From: Candidatus Altimarinota bacterium
Lineage (GTDB): Bacteria > Patescibacteriota > Gracilibacteria > CAIRYL01 > GCA-016699755
Length of the DNA: 64,000 nt
Direction of reading: 5' to 3'
Assembly (NCBI GenBank): GCA_963664295.1
Contig: OY760935.1
Location: 512,001-576,000, forward strand
The position numbers and the translations under genes were made by a program. The notes under the pieces are model-generated. The model was not told the DNA's origin. It saw only the letters and a program-made list of their open reading frames with translations, and searched no databases. Within the stretch, counting starts at the first letter, position 1; each line of letters starts with the position of its first letter. This document shows, one piece after another, positions 30,469 to 39,478 of the stretch.

Positions 30469-32256
30469 TTATAATTCCTGCTCAAAATCATCTAAATTAA
30501 CATCAGAAGGTAAAGGCAAAAGGCATTTTCCATTCTCGCAAGTCCTATCTGAACCACATTGCAGAGCAACATTCCAACTTAAATATGGCTCTGCATTCCA
30601 ATAGTCACACTCATACACAGCATTATCTACACATTTTTTTTGACCTTGATAAAAACATTCATCAGCATGACTCACTATGCACTGTCCTTGCTGACAAGTG
30701 GTTCCACTAGCACAATTTTCATATTTCCATTCAGTATAACCATCATTATTTAAGTCAGTGCAAACTCGCACTTTACCATCAATACATTCTCTTGCGCCTC
30801 TTGTGCACTGATTTGTTATTTTTTTTTCACAAATTCCTAGACTACATTGTTCACTGGAGTCACATGTGTTTATTGTTTGCCAAATTAAACAGCCACTATT
30901 ATTGACCCTGCAAACTTGCACTTTATTGCCTGAACAAATTTGTCTACCAATAGTTGAACACTGATTTTCGCAAGACTGAATACACTCTCCGTCATCACAA
31001 AAATAACCATCACCACAACTTGTTGTATTTTCAAAGCTTAAATAACCTTGGTTATGCCAATTGTTACATTCTAAAATATAATCACCATTACACTTTCTTA
31101 GTCCTTGATACTCACACTCATCTGGCCTTTCTGCCTCTTTAACACTAATAATAAAACTATTTTTATTATTATTTTCATTAATTTCATCAATTAATTTTGT
31201 TGAATCTAATACAACTTTGACATCATATTGATCAATTCTTTCGTAATAATGAAAAAAATTAATTTCCAATGCCTCTTGAGGCAATAAAGAATTAACTAAG
31301 CTTCTGTTTACAATTCCATCTCCCCAATCTATTTCCACAAAAAATTCATTTGCATCAATTTCGCCTAAGTTATTTATTTTAATATACACATTGCTTATTT
31401 TGCCAAGCTTAAAATCATCTAAATCAACTCCAGTTATTACTAAATCGCTAAGTTGAACTTTTTTGTCAGAATTTTGAGTTGTTGTTTGTTCAATTTCTTT
31501 AATTGTTTCTGTAAATAATTCTGTTTCACTAATAATTTCTTCTGACCTGCTAATTTCACCAGAAACAGAAACTAATTCCTTGCTATCTAATCTAACAACT
31601 TCACTCGACAACGATACTGGCTCGATAATCTTTATTTCTTGTTTTTTCTCTATTGTTTCAACAACCTTTAATAATGTTTCTTTTTGGTTTTTTGCAGAAT
31701 CAGTGATTAGATTTTCCATTTCCTTTTCTAGTACAGGATCTTCGATTTGATCAACAATCTCAATCGCCTCATTAATATTAGCGCTAATTTCATTCAAAGA
31801 AGCTTTATCAACAACACCGCCGTCTGCAAGAACTACAACCTCTTCTAATCTTCTTTCAGCAAATTTTATATTTTTTTTAACTTTTCCTTCATCAGAAAAA
31901 GTAAGATCGTATTCAATTTCTTCAACAAATCTTTTTAAAAAATACAAATTACTCTCTCTGTTAACATTAGGTGATATATAAGCATAACCTGTTGTTATGC
32001 CCATTGACACAGTCAAAATTACCAAAGACAAAAGAAAACTAAAACTACGCATTCCCAAAAACACACTCCTAAAAAACAAAACAAAAAATCCTTTTTCATG
32101 TTTACCTTTATCCTGTTTATGTAAATATTTATTTACAAGCCTAGTAAACAAAATATCTCTAAAAATAGGATTGGGCTTATTCTTATTAAATTCTTTTAAA
32201 AGAGCCTTTTTCATTATTTCTTTTTCTGCCTTTAATGATTGTTTTTTATTGCTCAT
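30469..32256 (-). CDS. Putative anti-sigma factor: TM, DUF5667-like helical domain, CARDB/Ig domain and Cys-rich repeats
   Basis: Overlaps the ECF sigma stop. LYFLKR..E..L..AERRLEE, SDLVI..NLG..IDEINENNN and four Cys-rich units. Confidence 0.7.
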   Translation of the reverse strand: MSNKKQSLKAEKEIMKKALLKEFNKNKPNPIFRDILFTRLVNKYLHKQDKGKHEKGFFVLFFRSVFLGMRSFSFLLSLVILTVSMGITTGYAYISPNVNRESNLYFLKRFVEEIEYDLTFSDEGKVKKNIKFAERRLEEVVVLADGGVVDKASLNEISANINEAIEIVDQIEDPVLEKEMENLITDSAKNQKETLLKVVETIEKKQEIKIIEPVSLSSEVVRLDSKELVSVSGEISRSEEIISETELFTETIKEIEQTTTQNSDKKVQLSDLVITGVDLDDFKLGKISNVYIKINNLGEIDANEFFVEIDWGDGIVNRSLVNSLLPQEALEINFFHYYERIDQYDVKVVLDSTKLIDEINENNNKNSFIISVKEAERPDECEYQGLRKCNGDYILECNNWHNQGYLSFENTTSCGDGYFCDDGECIQSCENQCSTIGRQICSGNKVQVCRVNNSGCLIWQTINTCDSSEQCSLGICEKKITNQCTRGARECIDGKVRVCTDLNNDGYTEWKYENCASGTTCQQGQCIVSHADECFYQGQKKCVDNAVYECDYWNAEPYLSWNVALQCGSDRTCENGKCLLPLPSDVNLDDFEQEL

Positions 32257-32809
32257 TAACCAAGTAAGCTAATTGTTTTTTTAAAGTACTAATAGAACGA
32301 TGGATCATAACATTTATATTTGCCTCAGTAGTATTTAATGTCTTTGCAATTTCTTTATGAGACAAGTCTTCTGTTAATTTTAATGCCCACATTGCTTGTT
32401 GTTTTTTTGGCAAAACTTTAATTGCTTTATTTAAATGTTGTTGAATTATTTTTTGGTCTATTGATTTTAAATCAAAATCCTTTTTTGGTTCTTCTGCTGG
32501 CAATAAATCTTCAAATGAACTTGTTTTTTTATTCTTTTGTTTTCTGTAGTAATCAATCAGCTTATTATGTGCCACTGTGTATATCCAAGAAGAAAACGAA
32601 CCTTGTGAATCATCAAATTTATCAAGAGATTGAAATATTTTTTCAAAAGTATCTGATGTCAAATCCTCTGCCTCTTCTCTTGCTTGCAAACGAAAATAAA
32701 AAAACTTATAAACCTTGTCAAAAAATCTATTAAATAATGCTGAAAAATAATTCAAATCCTTTTTTGCCAAATTTACTAATTCATTATCTTCAATATCGTC
32801 AATTTCCAC
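32246..32809 (-). CDS. ECF RNA polymerase sigma factor
   Basis: AEDLTSDTF, FSSWIYTVAHNKLIDYYR and LSHKEIAKTL. The GTG start at 32809 is preferred because it lies downstream of the putative promoter. Confidence 0.92.
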   Translation of the reverse strand: MEIDDIEDNELVNLAKKDLNYFSALFNRFFDKVYKFFYFRLQAREEAEDLTSDTFEKIFQSLDKFDDSQGSFSSWIYTVAHNKLIDYYRKQKNKKTSSFEDLLPAEEPKKDFDLKSIDQKIIQQHLNKAIKVLPKKQQAMWALKLTEDLSHKEIAKTLNTTEANINVMIHRSISTLKKQLAYLVNEQ

Positions 32810-32845
32810 ATTAGCGCCGAAAAAAATCGATCTCCATTTATCAAG

Positions 32846-32872
32846 AACGATTTCTAAATCAAAAATCTTACA
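32846..32872 (-). promoter_or_regulatory. Putative autoregulatory ECF promoter
   Basis: TGTAAGATTTTT-N11-CGTT. Confidence 0.7.
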
Positions 32873-33202
32873 TATTTTTTTAAGCCAATGTGCAAAAAAA
32901 CCTGCAACAAACATTAAAATAGAATTCTTATATATAAATTGTACAACACACTACCTTAATTTACTTATTTATGCAATATTTTTTTTATAAGTCAAATTAT
33001 AATACATAAAACTATAAAAAGTAGTCTTACGACTTAGCTATAAAAACATTTTAACCACTTAGAAAACTACTAAATTATTTTAAAAAATCGATTTTTACTG
33101 TGTGTAAAAGATCACGATTTTATTATAAATAATTTCCCCTCCACTCCGCGCCCTCGTTATTCACTCGGTCGCTCCGTTGCGGGTCGTAATTCTCGCTAAG
33201 CA

Positions 33203-33221
33203 ATTGGAGCGGGTAACGGGA
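33203..33221 (-). repeat. Duplicated 3' end of tRNA-Gly
   Basis: attggagcgggtaacggga, also at 33383-33401. Confidence 0.85.
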
Positions 33222-33292
33222 GCTTTTTTGCTTCGCAAAAAACTTCCTCCTCGTCCTCGGAAAGTTCAAAATAAATTTTTCACTTTCACTCG

Positions 33293-33386
33293 GACTGCGT
33301 CGTCAACGAACCCGAGGCTTCGAGGTAGCCATTTCCTGCTTAACAATGAAATAACCTTGTGGCTTCGCCACAAGAACATTTCATTG
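33293..33386. repeat. ~94-bp dispersed repeat, copy B, abutting the tRNA-Gly CCA end
   Basis: Near-identical to 28376-28468. Confidence 0.9.
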
Positions 33387-33460
33387 GAGCGGGTAACGGG
33401 ACTCGAACCCGTGCCGCCGGCTTGGAAGGCCGGAGCTCTAGCCAACTGAGCTATACCCGC
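33385..33460 (-). tRNA. tRNA-Gly(TCC)
   Basis: GCGGGTA/TACCCGC acceptor stem, anticodon arm CCGGC-CTTCCAA-GCCGG, GTTCGAG T-loop and encoded CCA. Confidence 0.95.
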
Positions 33461-33556
33461 TTACTTAAGTCAGCAAGCCATATTTTACCTTTTGAAATAA
33501 AATTTGCAAGCTTTTTTTAGCTTACAATAAATCATTGCAATTCAATTCTTGACCAA

Positions 33557-35524
33557 CTAATCTTTAAGCATTTTTATTAGTTCATCAATAGTTTTATTTT
33601 GAGCATCTTCTCTTCTTAATTTGCGCAATAAATTTCCATTAATTATCACTCCTCTATCACCTAAATCGGATAAAACATCTATATATTGCTCATCTTTTGC
33701 TTTTTCTAGTGTAAGTTCTCTCACTAAATAACCATCAATTTCTATGCCTACATCACGAAGTTCTTTTAAGGCATCCAAATAAACTTGATCATTTGCTTTT
33801 TCTTGTGTAAGTTCGCTCACTAAATAGCCATCAGTTTCTATGCCTACATCACGAAGTTCTTTTAAGGCATCCAAATAAACTTGATCATTTGCTTTTTCTG
33901 TTAATTCTTCTGTGGATAAACTTAATACGTTAATATCAACACTTACTCCTCCTGCTTGCAATTGCCTTAAGGCATCTAGATATTCTTTATTACTAACTGT
34001 TTCTCTATTAAGCCTGCCTACAAAAAGACCATTAATTCTTATGCCTGCTTCGTTAAGATCTTTTAAGGCATTCACATAGCGTTCATCACTAAGCTTTTCC
34101 AGGGTTAAATAATTTAATAACAATTTAGCAGAAGAATTAATAGCTATGCCTGATTTATGTAAGTCTATTAAAGCATCAACATAAACCGTATTTTTAACAT
34201 TTTTTGGTATTAAATTCATAAAATTATACCCACTAACAACAACTCCTCCTTCTCGAAGTCTTATTAGTCCATCAATATATTCTTGATCCTCGGCAGTCTC
34301 TTGTGTCAATTCAGAAGCAACAACACCATCAACATTCACCCCTGCTCTTTGCAAAGAAACTAAAGCCTCTACAAAGGTGGGTATACTAGCTTTTTTTGGT
34401 GTCAAATTACTTATTAAATATCCACTAATATATAAATTAGCGTTTTGAAGCTCAATTAAAGTTTGTATGTAATCAATATTTTGACCTTTTTCTAAAGATA
34501 ATTCATCTACTAAATTGAAATTAATGTCCACTCCGGCATTTTTAAGTGCTATTAAAGCTTTTATATAATCACTATTTTTGCCTTTTTCTGGAATTAATTT
34601 TTCTATTAAACGCTCATCAATGTCTATCTTTGCTAAAGATAATTCTCTTAACATGTTTAAATAAGTCTCATCTTCAAAAATTTTACTTGTTTTTAAATAA
34701 GACATAAGCTCATCACTAAACTCACTAGGATCTATTCCTGCTTGGTAAAGATTTTTAAGTAATTTAATATAATCCTTATCTCTCACTAGCTCTAGCGACA
34801 AACGATCTATAAAAAAACTATTAACCAATGCTCCTGCTTGAATTAGGTCCTCTAAGACAATCATGTAAATTTTATCTTTGGCTTTTTCTAGTGTTAAGGC
34901 CTCTATTAAAAATCCATCAATTTTCACTCCTGCTTTTTGTAGCTTAATTAAAACTCTTATATAAACATTGTCTTTGGCTTTTTCTAGTGTTAAAGAGCTT
35001 ATAAAAAAAGCATTAATATCTATTCCTAGTTTATGAAAACTTTTTAAGATTTTAATATAAGTATTATCTTTGAATTTTTCTAAAGTTAAAGCATCAATAA
35101 AAAAATAAGTAATTTTTACACCTAATTTAGAAAACTCCATTAAAGCATTGATATAAGCATTATTTTTGGCTTTTTCTGGAGTTAAAGCATATATAATATC
35201 ATCATTAATTTCTATTCCCGCTTGATTAAACCTTACTAAAACATCAATGTATTTTTCATTGGCTCTTTTTGGAAAATTTTTTGTTAAAAATTTTCTATAA
35301 TAAGAAACAAATAAATCAGGATTATCTTTTAAGATTTTATTAAAAATAAGCAAAAATTTATCTTGAGCATCATAATCTTCTACTTGGTCAATTTGCTCAC
35401 GAACCTTAAACATTTTTTGAGAAATTTTTTCCTGCAAAACTTCATTGGTTTTTTCAGATTTTTCTAATTCTTGCTTAACTTGAGCAATTTTTTCTTCAAC
35501 GCCTTTAAAGCTTTCATTTACCAC
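33557..35524 (-). CDS. 655-aa 32-aa-repeat protein, paralogue of 17362-22791 without the C-terminal domain
   Basis: Same repeat consensus and a homologous N-terminus (LEKS, IL..NPDL..Y). A 96-bp near-perfect duplication lies around 33720-33900. Confidence 0.85.
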   Translation of the reverse strand: MVNESFKGVEEKIAQVKQELEKSEKTNEVLQEKISQKMFKVREQIDQVEDYDAQDKFLLIFNKILKDNPDLFVSYYRKFLTKNFPKRANEKYIDVLVRFNQAGIEINDDIIYALTPEKAKNNAYINALMEFSKLGVKITYFFIDALTLEKFKDNTYIKILKSFHKLGIDINAFFISSLTLEKAKDNVYIRVLIKLQKAGVKIDGFLIEALTLEKAKDKIYMIVLEDLIQAGALVNSFFIDRLSLELVRDKDYIKLLKNLYQAGIDPSEFSDELMSYLKTSKIFEDETYLNMLRELSLAKIDIDERLIEKLIPEKGKNSDYIKALIALKNAGVDINFNLVDELSLEKGQNIDYIQTLIELQNANLYISGYLISNLTPKKASIPTFVEALVSLQRAGVNVDGVVASELTQETAEDQEYIDGLIRLREGGVVVSGYNFMNLIPKNVKNTVYVDALIDLHKSGIAINSSAKLLLNYLTLEKLSDERYVNALKDLNEAGIRINGLFVGRLNRETVSNKEYLDALRQLQAGGVSVDINVLSLSTEELTEKANDQVYLDALKELRDVGIETDGYLVSELTQEKANDQVYLDALKELRDVGIEIDGYLVRELTLEKAKDEQYIDVLSDLGDRGVIINGNLLRKLRREDAQNKTIDELIKMLKD

Positions 35525-35528
35525 TTTT

Positions 35529-35675
35529 TTAATTCAAATTTGTTAATTTTAATTTTTGTTCTAATAGCTCCAAATCGTGCAAAGCCTTGGTTAATCTTTG
35601 GTGTTTTATTTTATTTCTCTGAGTTTTATTTTTTATTGCACAAATTTCCTGTTCTTCTTTTTTGTTATCTGTCAT
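35529..35675 (-). CDS. 48-aa helical peptide, paralogue of 22781-22948 (not in the ORF track)
   Basis: MTDNKKEEQEICAIKNKTQRNKIKHQRLTKALHDLELLEQKLKLTNLN. Confidence 0.8.
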   Translation of the reverse strand: MTDNKKEEQEICAIKNKTQRNKIKHQRLTKALHDLELLEQKLKLTNLN

Positions 35676-35683
35676 TATTTATA

Positions 35684-35726
35684 TAATAATTCTTATTATT
35701 ATAACATAAAAAGATAAAATATGCAA
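35684..35726 (-). promoter_or_regulatory. Sigma70-type promoter of module copy 2
   Basis: TTGCAT-17-TATAAT, with 20 bp shared with 22959-22978. Confidence 0.7.
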
Positions 35727-36014
35727 AAACCTATGAAAAAAAATAAATACCCACAACAAATTGAGGCCGAGCTTGATTTACATGGCTTAACCAAGGAAGA
35801 ATCTAAAAACAAAACCCTTACTTTTCTTGTTAGTTGCAAGAAAAATAAATTCAAAACTGTGCAAATAATTACTGGCAAAGGTATTCATTCTAAAAATGGC
35901 AGTATTTTAAAACCATTTATCGAAAATTTACTTAAAAAAGAGGGTTATTTTTTTGAAACAGCAAAAATAAACGAAGGTGGCTCTGGAGCTATTAAAATTA
36001 AACTCAATTATTGA
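35721..36014 (+). CDS. Stand-alone Smr domain protein
   Basis: LDLHGLT, IITGKGIHS and GGSGA. Confidence 0.9.
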   Translation: MQKPMKKNKYPQQIEAELDLHGLTKEESKNKTLTFLVSCKKNKFKTVQIITGKGIHSKNGSILKPFIENLLKKEGYFFETAKINEGGSGAIKIKLNY

Positions 36015-38632
36015 ATTATTCCTAGCCTATCTTCTATTTCCTGATCTACAAATATTCTTTTTCTACCATTTTTCATGCGGGAATATTTTTTTACTATTTC
36101 TGCTATTTTTTCGTTTTTTCCTGTTTCGTCCCAAATTGTTTCAAGCGAAAATGGTCTTGAAGTTGTATTGTCTATATTTAGTTTTATATACGCTTTGTAA
36201 TTAGCTATTCCGAGAATATCTTGTTCTGATAATACTGGTGCATATTCTTTTGCTAGGTATTCTGCATCTTCGGCACCAACTTTGAAGCTCATTATTGAGC
36301 CCACATTACCAAACACTGCATCTCGCAATTTTGATTGTTTTTCATAATTTTGAGTTGTTTGAAGCTGAGCTATATACTGATGAGCCATTATCAAGGACAA
36401 ATGATATTTTCTAGCCTCTGAGAGTATGTCTGCAAAGGCATCTGTGGCAAAATTTTGAAACTCATCTACATAAAGGAAAAAATCTCGTCTTTCTTTTTCT
36501 GGCATATCTGCCCTACTCATGGCTGCCATTGATATTTTATTTACAAAAATCAAACCGAGCAATTGCGCGTTAATATCACCAATCATACCTTTTGAAAGGT
36601 TTACTAATAATATTTTTCCTTCGTCCATTATTTTTCTGATATCAAATGCACTTTTTGGTTGTCCAATAATATTACGCATTGTTGTATTTGTTATGAATGG
36701 ACCGAATTTACTTGAAAAATAAGGTATCATTTCTTCTTTTTCTCTGGCTCCGGTTTTTGCCATTTCATTATCCCAAAACTGACGTACTACTGTGTTTTTA
36801 CACTTTGAAACTTTGTATTTTTGAAACGCATCATCAACAAAAAGTCTTGGCAAATCAATTAAGGTTGCTCCCTCTTCTTCGTCGTCCATCAGAGTTAAAC
36901 AACCATTGCGAAAATAGTGCTGAATTCTTGGTCCAAATATCTCATTGCCAAATAATTTAATAAAAATATTCATAGCATCAAGACTAGCTCTGTCTTTTTG
37001 CTCGTCTGATTTTGCTTCCAACAAATTAAGTCCCATTGGTCTTTCTGTATCCGCTGGATTAAACACTATTACGTCTTTTGCTCTTTCTTTTGGTACATAA
37101 CAAAGAATATCTTCAATTAGGTCACCATGAGGATCAACCACACAAACGCCTTCTCCATTTTGAATATCCTGACGAGCCATGTATGACAACAGTGCGGACT
37201 TACCAGCACCAGATTTACCAACTATGTAATGATGACGTGAGCGATCTTTTTTCTTCATGCACACTTTTTTCTCAACAGCTCTGTATCTATTAATACCTAA
37301 AACAATCCCCTCTTCTGGTAAATCTATTGGCGGTGGAAGAACTTTATACTTAAGCCATTTTATGATTGGAATTCTATTATAACGAGAATCTGGAAAATGA
37401 AATATTGTAGCCAGTTCTTCAGGCACCATAAGTGATGGTTTTTTCTGAAAAAAGTACCAGCTCAATCTCCTTGTAAAGGCGTGCTTAATAAGTGGAGCAT
37501 TAAGAACATTTAAAGGTATATGCCTACGATTTTCAAAATAATTAGCAGCATCATCACGCACAGAACCGAAAGCAGCCACAAGATTGTTTAAAATATGCTC
37601 TACTCGAATTGCAGTTTTTGAGCTAGCAACAACGCGAATAATAGTATCAAAACCAACTTGAGTTGATTTTTCACCAATTCTTTTTGCAACCTCTTCTCTG
37701 GTTTGCAACATACGAATATATGAGTCACCACCTGATGCACCAGGCTGATTTGTGCTTGCGCCTATTGCGCCTGCCTTATCAGGCCCAAAGATTAAAGTAG
37801 CAAATCCAGACCAAATCCAGCCAAAAATAGGAATATTTTGAAAAAATCCTGTTTTTTGCCTTTTAAACATGGCAGTACCAAATTTTTCTGCTTTTTTTTG
37901 CCAACCTTTTGGTCGAGGATTTATTATGATCTGAATTGCTGCTTTTTCATCTTCTTCTAGCTTTGAAAGTGCATTTGTAAGATCATTAAGGGGATCATTT
38001 TCTATGTTCTTATAAGTTTTTATTGGAAACCAATTTTTTTCTTTTAAATAAAGATAAAATCCATTAAAAAAATATTTCTTTGGTCGAATTTGATATTGTT
38101 TTTCTATTGTTATTTCTGCGTCGGGATAAAAACTGGTTATTTGTTTTTCAACTATGTTTTGGTAATACCTATCTGTGACAACATAGAAATAAAGCTCGTT
38201 ATTTTCCAAAAACATTTCAAAAGAAATTTTATCATTTTGAAAAATAGCTGTTTTGATTGTATTCCAAAGGTTTAATTCACTTATTTCATAAACCGCACGA
38301 AAAAATTGCTCTGCTATTGCTAATTTTTCCTTAAAGTCTTTTTCTGTGCGTTTTTCTTGGTCTATTTTTGAGTCACTACGAGGCAGGGTCACTTTCATAT
38401 AAACCATATTTTTTGCTTCATGTTCGGCATAAAAAAGCCGACCAAGCAAGATAGTCATTTCAAAAACAAAGAAGACTGTAAGAATATTAAGCACAAAAGC
38501 CAATGGATCTGCTTTTATATGACCCCAAACTAATAAAAAATGTTCAAGCTGAAAAAGCCAACCTAAAAACGCCCAAATAGTTGTTGCTATTGCGAGTAAT
38601 AACCAGCGAAGGCGAAAGGCAATTTTAATCAT
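36008..38632 (-). CDS. VirD4/TraG/HerA-like ATPase with N-terminal TMs (type widespread in CPR)
   Basis: Walker A GKSGAGKS, VDPHGD, Walker B LYVDEFQNF, EARKY, AHQY and FGNVG. Confidence 0.88.
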   Translation of the reverse strand: MIKIAFRLRWLLLAIATTIWAFLGWLFQLEHFLLVWGHIKADPLAFVLNILTVFFVFEMTILLGRLFYAEHEAKNMVYMKVTLPRSDSKIDQEKRTEKDFKEKLAIAEQFFRAVYEISELNLWNTIKTAIFQNDKISFEMFLENNELYFYVVTDRYYQNIVEKQITSFYPDAEITIEKQYQIRPKKYFFNGFYLYLKEKNWFPIKTYKNIENDPLNDLTNALSKLEEDEKAAIQIIINPRPKGWQKKAEKFGTAMFKRQKTGFFQNIPIFGWIWSGFATLIFGPDKAGAIGASTNQPGASGGDSYIRMLQTREEVAKRIGEKSTQVGFDTIIRVVASSKTAIRVEHILNNLVAAFGSVRDDAANYFENRRHIPLNVLNAPLIKHAFTRRLSWYFFQKKPSLMVPEELATIFHFPDSRYNRIPIIKWLKYKVLPPPIDLPEEGIVLGINRYRAVEKKVCMKKKDRSRHHYIVGKSGAGKSALLSYMARQDIQNGEGVCVVDPHGDLIEDILCYVPKERAKDVIVFNPADTERPMGLNLLEAKSDEQKDRASLDAMNIFIKLFGNEIFGPRIQHYFRNGCLTLMDDEEEGATLIDLPRLFVDDAFQKYKVSKCKNTVVRQFWDNEMAKTGAREKEEMIPYFSSKFGPFITNTTMRNIIGQPKSAFDIRKIMDEGKILLVNLSKGMIGDINAQLLGLIFVNKISMAAMSRADMPEKERRDFFLYVDEFQNFATDAFADILSEARKYHLSLIMAHQYIAQLQTTQNYEKQSKLRDAVFGNVGSIMSFKVGAEDAEYLAKEYAPVLSEQDILGIANYKAYIKLNIDNTTSRPFSLETIWDETGKNEKIAEIVKKYSRMKNGRKRIFVDQEIEDRLGIIQ

Positions 38633-38764
38633 TTTTTATTTTTGTTTCCAAATAAACACAATTTATTCATTAAATTATATCATTTTCAATATAAAAAATA
38701 AAGCTATTTATGCTTATTTATTACTTATTTTCTTACTGTTTATTGAACAAATTTTTTATACAAA

Positions 38765-39103
38765 TTAAGCTAAATCAGGAACAGCAAAGTTCATAAACAA
38801 AACAGTTAAAAACAAAATAAAAGAAATAATGATTAAAACAGCATCAACCATTGGAGCTTCAACTAGTTCGTCCTTTTTTTTCTGATCAAAAGAAGAAAGT
38901 TGCTCATTAACAGAAATCCTTAAAGAAGTAAGAGCAAAAAGAATTCCAACTAGTGCAAATGGAATATCAGCAAGACGCAAAAAAATCTCTGAAGAATAAG
39001 AATAAAAATTATTTTTATAAAAAAGATAAGCAATAAGCATTGCTGAGCCTATTATAAAAAATAATAATTCCGACGCCGTATGTAAATTTCGTAAAAATTT
39101 CAT
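38765..39103 (-). CDS. Small 3-TM membrane protein
   Basis: Three hydrophobic segments, start at MKFLRN. Confidence 0.65.
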   Translation of the reverse strand: MKFLRNLHTASELLFFIIGSAMLIAYLFYKNNFYSYSSEIFLRLADIPFALVGILFALTSLRISVNEQLSSFDQKKKDELVEAPMVDAVLIIISFILFLTVLFMNFAVPDLA

Positions 39104-39189
39104 CTGTATAAAATTCTCACACAAAATATTTTATTTGAAAAGACAAGTTTACCTTGAAAAACAAAAGGCTTTTATGGCAAAATCAGTAT

Positions 39190-39474
39190 ATGTTATCAGA
39201 AAAAGAAATACGGCATATTGCCCACCTCGCCCGCCTTGGGCTCACTGACAAAGAGGTAAAAAAATACACCCAAGAGCTTAGTGATATATTGGGTTATTTA
39301 GAAAAATTAAATGAACTTGATGTTTCACAGGTTGAACAAATTGGTCAAATTACTGATCTGAAAAATGTAACCAGAGAAGACAATGTTGAACCTTCTGATT
39401 TTGCAAAAGATCTTTTGAATTCAAGTTCAAACGAAATTCAAGATTCGCACATTAAAGTAAAAAACGTATTTTAA
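39190..39474 (+). CDS. gatC: Asp/Glu-tRNA amidotransferase subunit C
   Basis: HIAHLARL, LNELD and REDNV, directly upstream of gatA. Confidence 0.92.
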   Translation: MLSEKEIRHIAHLARLGLTDKEVKKYTQELSDILGYLEKLNELDVSQVEQIGQITDLKNVTREDNVEPSDFAKDLLNSSSNEIQDSHIKVKNVF

Positions 39475-39478
39475 AAAA

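Noticed and set aside
33177-33449. ORF over tRNA-Gly (likewise 45337-45624 and 45410-45604 over tRNA-Lys)
   Set aside because: They overlap tRNA genes and their duplicated ends.
17362-35524. Diversity-generating retroelement or prophage behind the repeat proteins
   Set aside because: There is no reverse transcriptase, no adenine-specific TR/VR pair and no phage gene in the window.
36008-38632. Conjugative element suggested by the VirD4-like ATPase
   Set aside because: No relaxase, VirB genes or integrase are nearby, and this ATPase type is a common chromosomal gene in CPR.
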